The notes beneath the pieces were generated by a model that saw nothing but the letters and a program-made list of their open reading frames with translations, ran no database searches and had not been told where the DNA came from. The position numbers were made by a program, and so were the translations under genes. From a virus, in IMG/VR virus record IMGVR_UViG_3300045988_143938: a stretch of DNA of 64,000 bases, one strand, 5' to 3'. Numbering within the stretch: position 1 is the stretch's first letter; the number at the start of each line of letters is the position of its first letter. This document shows positions 42,137 to 50,920 of this stretch, one piece after another.

Positions 42137-43744
42137 CTATTCTTCAACAAAATCATCACTCAGGAAATCATCATCCGAATATTCCCAGCCCTCAAACAGG
42201 TTCGTTTTCGCTTCTTCGGCAATGTTGGGTACATGTCTCATAAAATTGTTCGCGATGTCCTCGTTCCCACACCACAGATTATAAGAGTTGTTGTATCCCT
42301 TTTCCCTCACGTATCCGAGAGAAAGCATGTCGATACCCAGCTTTCTTTGCGACATAGGGACGATCCCGTTCTTCTTGCAGAATCGTTCATAGTTCTTGTA
42401 TATCTCCGATGATGTGAAATTGATAACGCCGCTTCCTTCAAATTCTTCGGGCTGGCACTCCTTGTATTTGAGGTATTCCGATATACTTCCGTCCACAAGC
42501 TTTCCGTCCCGTCCTATGACCGTAGAGCGTATCCTCTCCAGCTTCATATCTATCTTTCCTCCGAGATTCTCCGGCATCCTCCAGTTGTTTTTCTTTAGCT
42601 CGCAAAGACCTTTGACTATCCAAGCCATTATGCCGGCATGTTCCGATTTGAGCCTTTCCGCGAGCATGGTATCCCTTTTCTCTACGGGGATAGTCTTGTC
42701 GAAATTAAGTACGAGCGCCCGTCTCTGCATACTCTCATCATCCGGGTCCTCCCGGTTAAGAAAGTCCTTTGGCTGCCAACGGTAGTTAGAGTTACACAGC
42801 ATGATAGGCGGTCTTTGCATCATCGTTATATTGCCGCCTATTCCCCGGCAGGCAATAGGTTCCCCGCTGGAGATAGCCTTTATGATGCTCATATCCTTAA
42901 AATCCCCTCGGTTACTCTCCGTACAGTACATAAGCCTCTTCCCGGACATGGAATACGCAGCACGAAGCTGTTCATCACCTCTGCTGGCAAACTGGCTCAT
43001 CTTGATATTAAGTATCTCGTCCTCTCCGAACATATCCTTAAGCACCCGGTAGATAACACTCTTCCCGTTTGCTCCCGTACCTTGCAATATCAGGAAATAC
43101 TCAAAGCTTATATTACGTCTGTTGACAAGACAGGCTCCAAGAAACATCTGTAATATTCTCCGCTTGTGCTTCTCAGGAAGAACACCGTCCATATCATCCG
43201 TAGGCATCCAGTTCTCTCCGAGGAAACTTCTCCATATAGGACAGTTGAATATCTCCTTGCGGTCATACTTGAACGGATACATCTTCACACAATCAAAGCG
43301 GGGAGAGTGGGGATAGGTCTTTAACCGGTTCATGTCAACGACACAGTTAGTGAAGCACATAATACTAAGGTCGGGACGAAGCTCATGGTCCCGGATAACA
43401 TTGATTATACGGTTCATATAGGCATACATGGCCTTATTGGTACGGTCACGAGCTGCAACACCCATCTTCTCAAGCCACCTGTCTACGGCATCATACAGGA
43501 CATTGTAATCCATGAACTCATATATCTTACCCGTAAAAACATACAAGGAGCTATAATGAGAGGTGTTATCCCTCGTCAAAACACCATAACCCTCCCTGAA
43601 TAACTCCTCAAGGCGTCTGCCGTATCTGTCTGTGCGCTCAGGATTGCTTGTAACCAAAGATATATCCCTGAACGTAGCCGCATATTCATCGCAATGTTCG
43701 GATAATAATCCAAGTACGTAATCCTTTAAATCCTTCCTATCCAT
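42137..43744 (-). CDS. D5/P4-family primase-helicase (NTPase domain)
   Basis: Walker A ILQGTGANGKSV; LQMFLGACL D5_N-like segment; 535 aa. Confidence 0.8.
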   Translation of the reverse strand: MDRKDLKDYVLGLLSEHCDEYAATFRDISLVTSNPERTDRYGRRLEELFREGYGVLTRDNTSHYSSLYVFTGKIYEFMDYNVLYDAVDRWLEKMGVAARDRTNKAMYAYMNRIINVIRDHELRPDLSIMCFTNCVVDMNRLKTYPHSPRFDCVKMYPFKYDRKEIFNCPIWRSFLGENWMPTDDMDGVLPEKHKRRILQMFLGACLVNRRNISFEYFLILQGTGANGKSVIYRVLKDMFGEDEILNIKMSQFASRGDEQLRAAYSMSGKRLMYCTESNRGDFKDMSIIKAISSGEPIACRGIGGNITMMQRPPIMLCNSNYRWQPKDFLNREDPDDESMQRRALVLNFDKTIPVEKRDTMLAERLKSEHAGIMAWIVKGLCELKKNNWRMPENLGGKIDMKLERIRSTVIGRDGKLVDGSISEYLKYKECQPEEFEGSGVINFTSSEIYKNYERFCKKNGIVPMSQRKLGIDMLSLGYVREKGYNNSYNLWCGNEDIANNFMRHVPNIAEEAKTNLFEGWEYSDDDFLSDDFVEE

Positions 43745-43884
43745 ATTTATTATATAACGTTTTTATAAGCATACCATAAAGAACATAACGGAACTGGGAT
43801 TAGGTCTCATTCTTAAAAATAACATCTTCTCTTCTCTCTTTTGAGGGTTAAAAATATATATATATGTTCTTTATCATCATTATG

Positions 43885-43892
43885 CAAATATA
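43885..43892 (-). promoter_or_regulatory. -7 box TATATTTG (minus strand)
   Basis: Plus strand reads TGCAAATATA, upstream of primase-helicase. Confidence 0.45.
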
Positions 43893-43944
43893 CAACTACT
43901 TGATAATAAAACAAGTAATTTTCTAAAAAAATAGGGGTAAAATT

Positions 43945-43958
43945 TAGAAAATAGGTGA
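43945..43958 (+). promoter_or_regulatory. TAGAAAATAGRTGA motif copy 5
   Basis: tagaaaataggtga; shares the longer GGGTAAAATTTAGAAAATAG context with copy 4. Confidence 0.5.
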
Positions 43959-43959
43959 T

Positions 43960-44700
43960 TTTTTAGAGAATAACGGGAGTTATTGAAAAAATACGGCTTT
44001 TTTGGAGGGTAAAACATCCTTACAAATGCGGGAAATTGGACAAAAAATGGGGGAAAATAAAAATTTTTAGGGGTGGTGATTACATCCGATATTCTTACAT
44101 ATAATAGGGGTGGGGTGGGGTGCTTTCTACGTGGTTGTGTATGGTGTATTATTGATTATAAATGTGTTATAGTTTATATTATTGCTATAATATAAAGTTG
44201 TAATATCATTACAAAAGAGGATAATTTTCCGAATATCACGAAAGCTCCAAAATAAACGTAATTCATTGATTGTCAACCAAATACCCCAATCTCCTTAACC
44301 TGCAACTACAACATAACCGTATAATCACCTATTAACCAGTCAATTACCCATACATAATTAATCCTATTATACCCCTGTATTCCTATTATAAATAATATCT
44401 ATAAATTAATTATCTGCAATAGATAAAATCTATTATGAGGCTATGCTTGTTGATCCAGTTATTATATACTTATACGTTCGTATGCTATAATGTTCCTATA
44501 TACCCTATTATTTAGTATTATATATTTACATTGGTATGCATGTGTTGTTACGCTTATATATCATTGTAAATCAATGTATTATGATTATATATTTTATGCT
44601 GTAAAACATGCTTATTTTATTGAAATATTTTGCTATTTTCTTTGCTGTTTCAAATATAATTCGTATATTTGTAATGTAAGAAAGAGGTAAACATAAGGCC
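43960..44700. other. origin-of-replication-like AT-rich repeat region
   Basis: No credible ORF; GGGGT-type G clusters 43930-44125; CCTATTAT at 44363, 44382, 44504 plus near copy at 44429; adjacent to primase-helicase. Confidence 0.35.
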
Positions 44701-44910
44701 TTTAATCTTACAAGCGTTGTTTATATGATGAGATATAAAAGAACCTGCTAACACAGGGAATGCTAACAGGTTCAAAGAAGGGAATAACTTAGATAAGTAC
44801 CCAACAGGAAAGGCAAAGGTACTTATCTTGGTTTAAACTTCCAAATTATCCGCTTATAAAATTTAGACGCTGTAATAAAGTTGAATTATAAACATTTAAA
44901 TATTACAGTT

Positions 44911-45306
44911 ATGAAGACATTAGAAAGTATCTTTTCAGAGATTAAAGAAGCTGGTGTAATCACTAAACAGCAATTACAGTTATTAAAGAACCGTTCTAAC
45001 AGAGAACAGAAAGACGTTATCAACTACGATTGGATTGAAAGTATCGGAGACGGTTACGGTATTCCCTTGACAGAGGAGCAAGGCGAACAGGGCTTGAAGT
45101 GGTTAAAGAAGTTCATCAAGAAGAACGGAGAAAGTAACGTTTTTGGATATAGAGAGCTTGAAATAATTGGTAGTGCTTCTCCTTGTGATTTTGTTTTTAA
45201 AGGTTTTTATGATGCCGGTAACGGTTGGTTTAGAAACTTCCTGCCTATCTACCAGCTTAACGGAATGGAATATATTCCCATGAAAGAACCTTATATCATA
45301 GGATAA
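44911..45306 (+). CDS. hypothetical early protein
   Basis: ORF track (ATG at 44911 preferred to TTG at 44881). Confidence 0.6.
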   Translation: MKTLESIFSEIKEAGVITKQQLQLLKNRSNREQKDVINYDWIESIGDGYGIPLTEEQGEQGLKWLKKFIKKNGESNVFGYRELEIIGSASPCDFVFKGFYDAGNGWFRNFLPIYQLNGMEYIPMKEPYIIG

Positions 45307-45413
45307 TATGTTCTGCGTTATGTTGCTATTGTTCGGTGCTGTGTTGTTCATCAGCGGCACCGATATTACAGAGATAAGAAAATACAAGGATCAATCAGAT
45401 AAATTTTAAGGTT

Positions 45414-45653
45414 ATGAAAAAGTTAATATATACACTGTTACTTATTTTGACAAGCGCCGTTTGTTTCTCCAATGGGAATAATATACATACTATCTACTCG
45501 TTTGCCAAGACACAAAGCGATACTATTTTCATGGTAAGCGTGAAGGGTGATAAGGTGACTAAGATTAACGGGTATAAAAACCCGGATCACCTCTCTAAAT
45601 TAAATAAAGCTTTAGACGAAAATAGTAATAAGGTTTTGAGGCTTTCAAAGTAA
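45414..45653 (+). CDS. small secreted protein
   Basis: N-terminal signal-like MKKLIYTLLLILTSAVCFS. Confidence 0.55.
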   Translation: MKKLIYTLLLILTSAVCFSNGNNIHTIYSFAKTQSDTIFMVSVKGDKVTKINGYKNPDHLSKLNKALDENSNKVLRLSK

Positions 45654-45676
45654 TAACAAATAAAATATATACAATT

Positions 45677-45880
45677 ATGAGAACAAAAACACAGCTTTCA
45701 GATTTTAACTTCCAGTTTTCCGGATACGGGCATTATAGAGTATCTTATACAAGTCCGGCAACCGGCAAGCAATGGAGTACGGTAATCAGTGACATGACAT
45801 TGATAGACGCTACCAAGAATGCGGACGAGCCGAAACGGAAAGATTTGGAAGCGTTGAAACGGTTATGTAAGAATAATTAA
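45677..45880 (+). CDS. hypothetical protein
   Basis: ORF track, 67 aa. Confidence 0.5.
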   Translation: MRTKTQLSDFNFQFSGYGHYRVSYTSPATGKQWSTVISDMTLIDATKNADEPKRKDLEALKRLCKNN

Positions 45881-45893
45881 AAGATATACGATT

Positions 45894-46190
45894 ATGGCAA
45901 AGACATTAAAGCAGTTAAGCGATCAGCAAGAGAGATTTAATAAGCTGTGGAAATATGCAAGTAATAGCACAAAACGGCTTGCAAAAAGGGTTTGGATAGT
46001 GAGATATCAAGAAGTTCATAAAACTTGTGATTGCGGGCAATATTCGAATAATATGCCCGGCGGCTTCCTCCCTGATTACGCAGTACATTACGCTGCTAAG
46101 ATTAACGGAGGGAAAGCAACGGAATATTACGACGGCTTTAAGCTTGATAAAATTGCATCCGACATATTTAATAGGGTGGCAATGTTTTAA
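45894..46190 (+). CDS. hypothetical protein
   Basis: ORF track, 98 aa. Confidence 0.55.
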   Translation: MAKTLKQLSDQQERFNKLWKYASNSTKRLAKRVWIVRYQEVHKTCDCGQYSNNMPGGFLPDYAVHYAAKINGGKATEYYDGFKLDKIASDIFNRVAMF

Positions 46191-46218
46191 TTGATTTTCA
46201 ACTTTAAAACAAAAGGAT

Positions 46219-46413
46219 ATGAAAAAAAACTATTTCATACAGATAAACGAGGAAGTGCGCAGTATAATGCTTCAACCATGCAGCGCTTTTGAGGCTATAA
46301 GATTGTTGAATTTTTACAGGGATGGGATAAGCTTACTAAAAGATACACAACAAGTTACAAGCATTGAACTGTATAAGATTGGCGAATCATTGCCAAAACG
46401 AACTTTAATATAA
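46219..46413 (+). CDS. hypothetical protein
   Basis: ORF track, 64 aa. Confidence 0.5.
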   Translation: MKKNYFIQINEEVRSIMLQPCSAFEAIRLLNFYRDGISLLKDTQQVTSIELYKIGESLPKRTLI

Positions 46414-46426
46414 GGAGGAATAAACT

Positions 46427-46567
46427 ATGTATTTAGGCTTTATACTTTGGGCGATAATTTTAGTTGTGATCGTGTGGAATACTAACCCGGCACTAGTTAT
46501 TATATCCGTAGTGATAGGGGTTGTGTTTGCGATTGCAAAAACAACAGATAATAAACCAAAAGAATGA
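46427..46567 (+). CDS. 46-aa two-TM peptide (below ORF-track cutoff)
   Basis: AAGGAGG 8 nt upstream; MYLGFILWAIILVVIVWNTNPALVIISVVIGVVFAIAKTTDNKPKE. Confidence 0.4.
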   Translation: MYLGFILWAIILVVIVWNTNPALVIISVVIGVVFAIAKTTDNKPKE

Positions 46568-46568
46568 C

Positions 46569-47411
46569 ATGGAAACATTGAAGGACGTTTTTTTGAAAAA
46601 ATACCCGCAATACGGAAAGGTGCTGCGGGTATATGAAGAGGTTAACGAAACGGAGTGCACCTTCGAGAGTATTACAAAACCAAGGTTGTACAACTTCGTT
46701 CAGGCTCTTAATGACAGGCTGGCAACAAACAGTGCTAAAACCTATTGCGCTATGTTTAAATCGGTTCTTAACCTGTACAGCGATATGTATTCTTTCCCGA
46801 AAGGCTTTGAAGCTATATTAACCCTGAAGAAGGACGCAACGCAAAGTACATGGTTAACGGATGAAGAAATTAAAAAACTACTCTCATACGATCCGGCTAA
46901 TGATACAGAACGGACAGTGAAAAACTGTTTTCTTCTCGGTTGTCTGACAGGTGCAAGACATTCGGACTACGTATGTTTTACAGAGGACAATATAATAGAC
47001 GGACGACTGGTCTATATTTCCCAAAAAACAAAAACGAAAGCGGAGATTCCAGCGGCTCCGGCTGTGTTACGGATATTAGAGGAAAACAAAAAGTACAACC
47101 TTAGCCAGCGGAAACTGTCTGATGTGACATTTAATGATACGATAAGAAGTATATGCCGGAAGTGTGGAATAAACCAACGAATAAAACTGTATCAGGCGGG
47201 CGAATATGCAACAGGGGAAAAGTGGGAGTTTATTTCCTCGCATTCAGCGCGGAAGTCTTGCGCAACCAACTTATATTTAAGGGGAGCGGATCTGTATTCT
47301 ATCAGCCGGATGTTAGGACACTCCAGTGTAACCATGACGGAAACGTATATTTGTTGCGGGCTGCGTGAATTGTCAGATAAGATAATAGGATATTTCAACG
47401 GGTTTAAATAA
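46569..47411 (+). CDS. tyrosine recombinase (second, short form)
   Basis: GARHSDY...HSARKSCATNL...LGHSSVTMTETY catalytic R-H-R-Y pattern. Confidence 0.85.
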   Translation: METLKDVFLKKYPQYGKVLRVYEEVNETECTFESITKPRLYNFVQALNDRLATNSAKTYCAMFKSVLNLYSDMYSFPKGFEAILTLKKDATQSTWLTDEEIKKLLSYDPANDTERTVKNCFLLGCLTGARHSDYVCFTEDNIIDGRLVYISQKTKTKAEIPAAPAVLRILEENKKYNLSQRKLSDVTFNDTIRSICRKCGINQRIKLYQAGEYATGEKWEFISSHSARKSCATNLYLRGADLYSISRMLGHSSVTMTETYICCGLRELSDKIIGYFNGFK

Positions 47412-47491
47412 TATGCTTTAAAACATACTGTATAAGATGAATTAAAGAGAGATAAACGGTATTTTTGCAAACAATTTTAAAAAAAAAGGTT

Positions 47492-47692
47492 ATGAAAACT
47501 TACGATGTACACTTCAACGACGCTAACGACTCTAATAGCAAAGGTTTTAATGAATCATTTGAGTATTGCAAAAATTATATAGAAACCTATAACGGCACCA
47601 ATGAATCATATTTCGAGGACTACAAGGGAGGAATCGTATCGATCGTGTGTAATGAAACCGGAGAAGAGGTTTATTCGGAGGATATAAGATAG
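47492..47692 (+). CDS. hypothetical protein
   Basis: ORF track, ATG at 47492. Confidence 0.5.
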   Translation: MKTYDVHFNDANDSNSKGFNESFEYCKNYIETYNGTNESYFEDYKGGIVSIVCNETGEEVYSEDIR

Positions 47693-47693
47693 A

Positions 47694-47936
47694 ATGGAGC
47701 AAGAAAGTAGATACGCATACGACGAGGAAAGCGTAAAACATATTGTGCACTGGGCTTTAACGGCCCAGCTGCCTACTCAAATAGAGTTGAGCGAATCGGA
47801 GAGTATATTTGATGTTAAGAAGTACATACAGGCGAACATAAACGACATAAACCAACATTTTCCGGACCCATTTTACAATCCGGCAATTGATAGACTGTAC
47901 AGGTTGAAGGAATTTATGGATAACTCGCAATCCTGA
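47694..47936 (+). CDS. hypothetical protein
   Basis: ORF track, 80 aa. Confidence 0.5.
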   Translation: MEQESRYAYDEESVKHIVHWALTAQLPTQIELSESESIFDVKKYIQANINDINQHFPDPFYNPAIDRLYRLKEFMDNSQS

Positions 47937-47953
47937 AACGAACATATACACAC

Positions 47954-48001
47954 AGCCCGGCGAACGATTTTGCATCTTTATAAGACCTCTTCCGCCGGGC
48001 T
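47954..48001. terminator. bidirectional terminator hairpin
   Basis: 9-bp stem AGCCCGGCG / CGCCGGGCT between convergent genes. Confidence 0.5.
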
Positions 48002-48007
48002 ATTGAA

Positions 48008-49141
48008 TTACAATTTACTGTCCATCTTTTCAAATTCTTCTTGTACGGACTTGTTTAGCACTTTGGCGTAGATCTGTGTAGTTTTTATATCCGTATGTCC
48101 CATCATTTTTGCAAGGTTTTCAATCGAAACTCCCATATTCAATGCCATAACCGCAAAACTATGCCGGGCCATGTGCGAATGTAGGTTTTGTTTTATCCTC
48201 GCGAGCTCCTGAACGACTTTCAGTCTTAAATTATACTGATAGTTGCTTATTACGGGCAGTTTGAAATCGTATTTTTGCAGAATTTCCATTGCGGGCTTAA
48301 GAAGCATCAGGAAATACTCTTCTTCCGTTTTTACTCTTACGTCTCTTATAAAGAATTTGTTCCCTTTCTTGATTACACCGCTAAAATCAAAGTTGAACAA
48401 ATCTGCATAAGACAAACCCGTAAAACATTGGAATACGAACAAGTCTCTAACCCGTTCAATGCTCTCGGATGCCGTTTTTAAGCCTTGTATTTGCTTTATC
48501 TGTTCTAAGGTGAGGTATTTTATACCTTCGCTCTTTCCGCGCTCAAATTTGAGCTTATTATACGGGTTGTCTTTCAGCAAATCATATTTGATGGCTTCGT
48601 TTATATATCTTTTCAGGCGCTTATGATAACCATGTATTGTCGTCTGCTTGTTGTACTTCCCATGAAGGAAATTGTCATAGTGCATTATGTTAGCCGTAGT
48701 AACGTCCGTAAAGTAAACGATCCGACCGAACTCTTTCAGGGATGTTATTAAGGAGGCATGCGTATTTAACGTTCCTTGCCTGAGGTCGGTTCTTTCGCCC
48801 ACTCTCCGTTTTATAAAATCTATAAAGCTTTCTTTTGTTTGGGAATACTTTAAAAAGTGTTCCAGCTTATCAAAACTGAAAGGTTCTTTGTTTTTTACCA
48901 ACCCGTTTATGAACTCGTTGATGTTCCGCATTTGCGTATCAAGCCTTTCGTTGAGGTCTAAAGATTGAACGGTATTCTTAACCTTTGTTTTTTCGCTCCA
49001 TTGGTCGGAATACAACCGAACGCCTGTACTTAACCATTTTCTTTTCCGTTCAAACAAAATTTCTATTTGAACGGTTCCTTTCGTTGTCTTGCTTGCCGTA
49101 TGTTTACGGTCAAAAACAAACCTTAATACTGGATACTTCAT
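48008..49141 (-). CDS. int: phage integrase (tyrosine recombinase)
   Basis: 377 aa; HMARHSFAVMAL...MGHTDIKTTQIYAKV; N-terminal arm-binding/SAM-like region. Confidence 0.9.
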   Translation of the reverse strand: MKYPVLRFVFDRKHTASKTTKGTVQIEILFERKRKWLSTGVRLYSDQWSEKTKVKNTVQSLDLNERLDTQMRNINEFINGLVKNKEPFSFDKLEHFLKYSQTKESFIDFIKRRVGERTDLRQGTLNTHASLITSLKEFGRIVYFTDVTTANIMHYDNFLHGKYNKQTTIHGYHKRLKRYINEAIKYDLLKDNPYNKLKFERGKSEGIKYLTLEQIKQIQGLKTASESIERVRDLFVFQCFTGLSYADLFNFDFSGVIKKGNKFFIRDVRVKTEEEYFLMLLKPAMEILQKYDFKLPVISNYQYNLRLKVVQELARIKQNLHSHMARHSFAVMALNMGVSIENLAKMMGHTDIKTTQIYAKVLNKSVQEEFEKMDSKL

Positions 49142-49156
49142 AATTTAAAAGATTTG

Positions 49157-49230
49157 GTATCACACAAGGGTATCACATTTGTATCACATTTCGTGAAATA
49201 GAATGAAATAGAATGAACTAAAATGAAACA
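49157..49230. repeat. direct repeats upstream of int (arm-type or operator sites)
   Basis: GTATCACA at 49157, 49170 and 49181; then tandem (A)TAGAATGAA units. Confidence 0.5.
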
Positions 49231-49258
49231 ACATTAGCGGTGTGTTTGTTCTCCTAAA

Positions 49259-49468
49259 TCATTGATTATTACGTAAAACGCTGATAATAAACAAAAAGGG
49301 ACTACGTTTTTGTAATCCCTTGCTGTGATCCGCAAGAAATGTGCAAACTTTAGTATCTTTAAATAATTTATACGACAAAGGGTCTATTTCATTTTTGTCA
49401 ATATAATCTCCATTTATCATTCTTTTTAAGAGAATTTCCGTATTACTGTATTTTTCATAGTTTTCCAT
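49259..49468 (-). CDS. hypothetical 69-aa protein
   Basis: Internal ATG (MENYEKY...) preferred; the upstream part of the track ORF is low-complexity. Confidence 0.4.
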   Translation of the reverse strand: MENYEKYSNTEILLKRMINGDYIDKNEIDPLSYKLFKDTKVCTFLADHSKGLQKRSPFLFIISVLRNNQ

Positions 49469-49679
49469 ACTCTTAAAATTCAAATAGTTACATAAAATAT
49501 GTTTTATAACATATAGAATAGTGTGCAAATAATACAAAATATATACTATCTTTGCATTGTTGTTAGAACGATAGAACGACAGCAACAATACATAAAAAAC
49601 AGAAGCAGCTATAAAAACCGCTTATTAGTATTTGTTGATGGCAAAAATAACAATTTTCTAAATAAAATCAAATAAAACA

Positions 49680-49693
49680 TAGAAAATAGGTGA
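49680..49693 (+). promoter_or_regulatory. TAGAAAATAGRTGA motif copy 6
   Basis: tagaaaataggtga, 10 nt before ATG 49704. Confidence 0.5.
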
Positions 49694-49703
49694 AATAAAT
49701 AGT

Positions 49704-49910
49704 ATGAAAGTAACGAGAGAAGAAATTTTAAAGATTAAGCCGGGAAGTTCACTTACAGTGTATATGCCCGATTATAGAGCTTGTGATTCAGTAAGAGCCA
49801 CCGCGTATAGAACCGCATTAGCAGACCCGAGACCGGACGTAGAGAGATATAGGGTATCTATTGATACTAAAAAATGGAAAGTAACAATTACAGCAATAAA
49901 AAGATCATGA
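49704..49910 (+). CDS. hypothetical protein
   Basis: ORF track, 68 aa. Confidence 0.55.
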   Translation: MKVTREEILKIKPGSSLTVYMPDYRACDSVRATAYRTALADPRPDVERYRVSIDTKKWKVTITAIKRS

Positions 49911-50155
49911 ACCGCACAGAAGCAAGAATAGTAGCAGAAGAACTGTATAAGCTTATGCGCAAAGACGTGAAAAGGCTTGTGGAGGAGACAATAATTGAAT
50001 GTTCCGATGAATGGATTGGAGTAGGAGAGGCTGCAAATATTCTTGGATGCTCTGTTGGTACCTTGTATAACAATATAGACAGTATCCCACATACTAAAAA
50101 CGGGAGATTGCTCCGATTTAGAAAAGCGTCATTGATTAAATATTTAGAAAGATGA
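49907..50155 (+). CDS. xis: excisionase-family HTH protein
   Basis: WIGVGEAANILGCSVGTLYNNIDSIPHTKNGRLLRFRKASLIKYLE (MerR/Xis-type HTH); ATGA overlap; ATG 49874 is an alternative start. Confidence 0.6.
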   Translation: MNRTEARIVAEELYKLMRKDVKRLVEETIIECSDEWIGVGEAANILGCSVGTLYNNIDSIPHTKNGRLLRFRKASLIKYLER

Positions 50156-50388
50156 GAAGCTTCAATTTGAATAAAATCACAAGTCTTGGACTGCGAATAG
50201 CATTGATTATGGTTGTTATGGCAGGATGTGTATATGGTGGCCGCGTAGAGTATAATGATGATGTATTATCCGGTATAAGCTCTGAAAAATACGACTTTAT
50301 CAGCAGCAGGATAAGCGATAATTCAAGATCGGCAGTCGTAAATGAATACATGAAAAACAAACGGTACTACGACAGTATTGAATTTTAA
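50152..50388 (+). CDS. hypothetical protein
   Basis: ORF track, ATGA overlap with xis-like gene. Confidence 0.5.
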   Translation: MRSFNLNKITSLGLRIALIMVVMAGCVYGGRVEYNDDVLSGISSEKYDFISSRISDNSRSAVVNEYMKNKRYYDSIEF

Positions 50389-50414
50389 AAACCGCGTTGT
50401 GTGAATAACGCTCC

Positions 50415-50527
50415 TTCCTCTTAGCTCAACGGTTAGAGCATCGCTAAGGTTATTTGTTCGTAAGGGTTTAGCGTTTCCGGTCTGTTCCGGTTAGCGATTG
50501 TTGCACGTTCGATTCGTGCAGAGGAAG
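50415..50527 (+). ncRNA. tRNA-like gene with 43-47 nt insertion in place of the anticodon loop
   Basis: Acceptor TTCCTCT/AGAGGAA; D arm GCTC-AACGGTTA-GAGC; T arm GCACG-TTCGATT-CGTGC; anticodon-type stem TCGCT(AA)/(TT)AGCGA enclosing 50446-50492. Confidence 0.6.
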
Positions 50528-50905
50528 CAAGATACACCGTTCTTTGACGTATTGAATGTGAAACAAAGTTTGAATATCTGATATTCGGATTTGTTTCAAT
50601 ATAACTAAGGATTACGTATAGCGGAAACGCCGAAACTACGTATAGGCTTGGTTATCGTGATTGTTTCTCGCACCGAAATGTCCTACGGTAGAGAAGTATG
50701 CGGTTTGGGCGCCCGTATCGCGAGAAACAACAGGTCATAAAGACAATATAAGCGTCCGATACAGTCTTAAATCGGTATAAAGTATGCGGTGGTAATGAAA
50801 GGCGGCCGTACACGCTTATTATATATATTCTCGTGGCTCACCATAAGGCGAGTGGTAAGGCTTAACATCGGAACGCTCACGAGAACAATTACTAATCACT
50901 AATTT
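50528..50905 (+). ncRNA. ORF-free region of consecutive long hairpins (candidate large structured RNA)
   Basis: Stems 50559-67/50590-98; 50613-18/50637-42 with GCG-GAAA-CGC cap; 50661-71/50720-30; 50748-55/50812-19; 50828-35/50878-85. Confidence 0.45.
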
Positions 50906-50920
50906 AAAATCAAAATTATT

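Noticed and set aside
44490-44690. A 66-aa track ORF in the AT-rich region.
   Set aside because: It is extremely Tyr/Ile/Phe/Cys-rich, lies inside the repeat-dense origin-like region, and has no start context.
50415-50527. Calling the two tRNA-like loci ordinary tRNA genes (Asn-like and Tyr-like).
   Set aside because: Neither can form a 5-bp/7-nt anticodon arm. The first has a 43-47 nt insert. The second has a 5-nt loop (or G at position 33) plus a ~77 nt extra region. They are therefore reported as tRNA-like ncRNA rather than tRNA.
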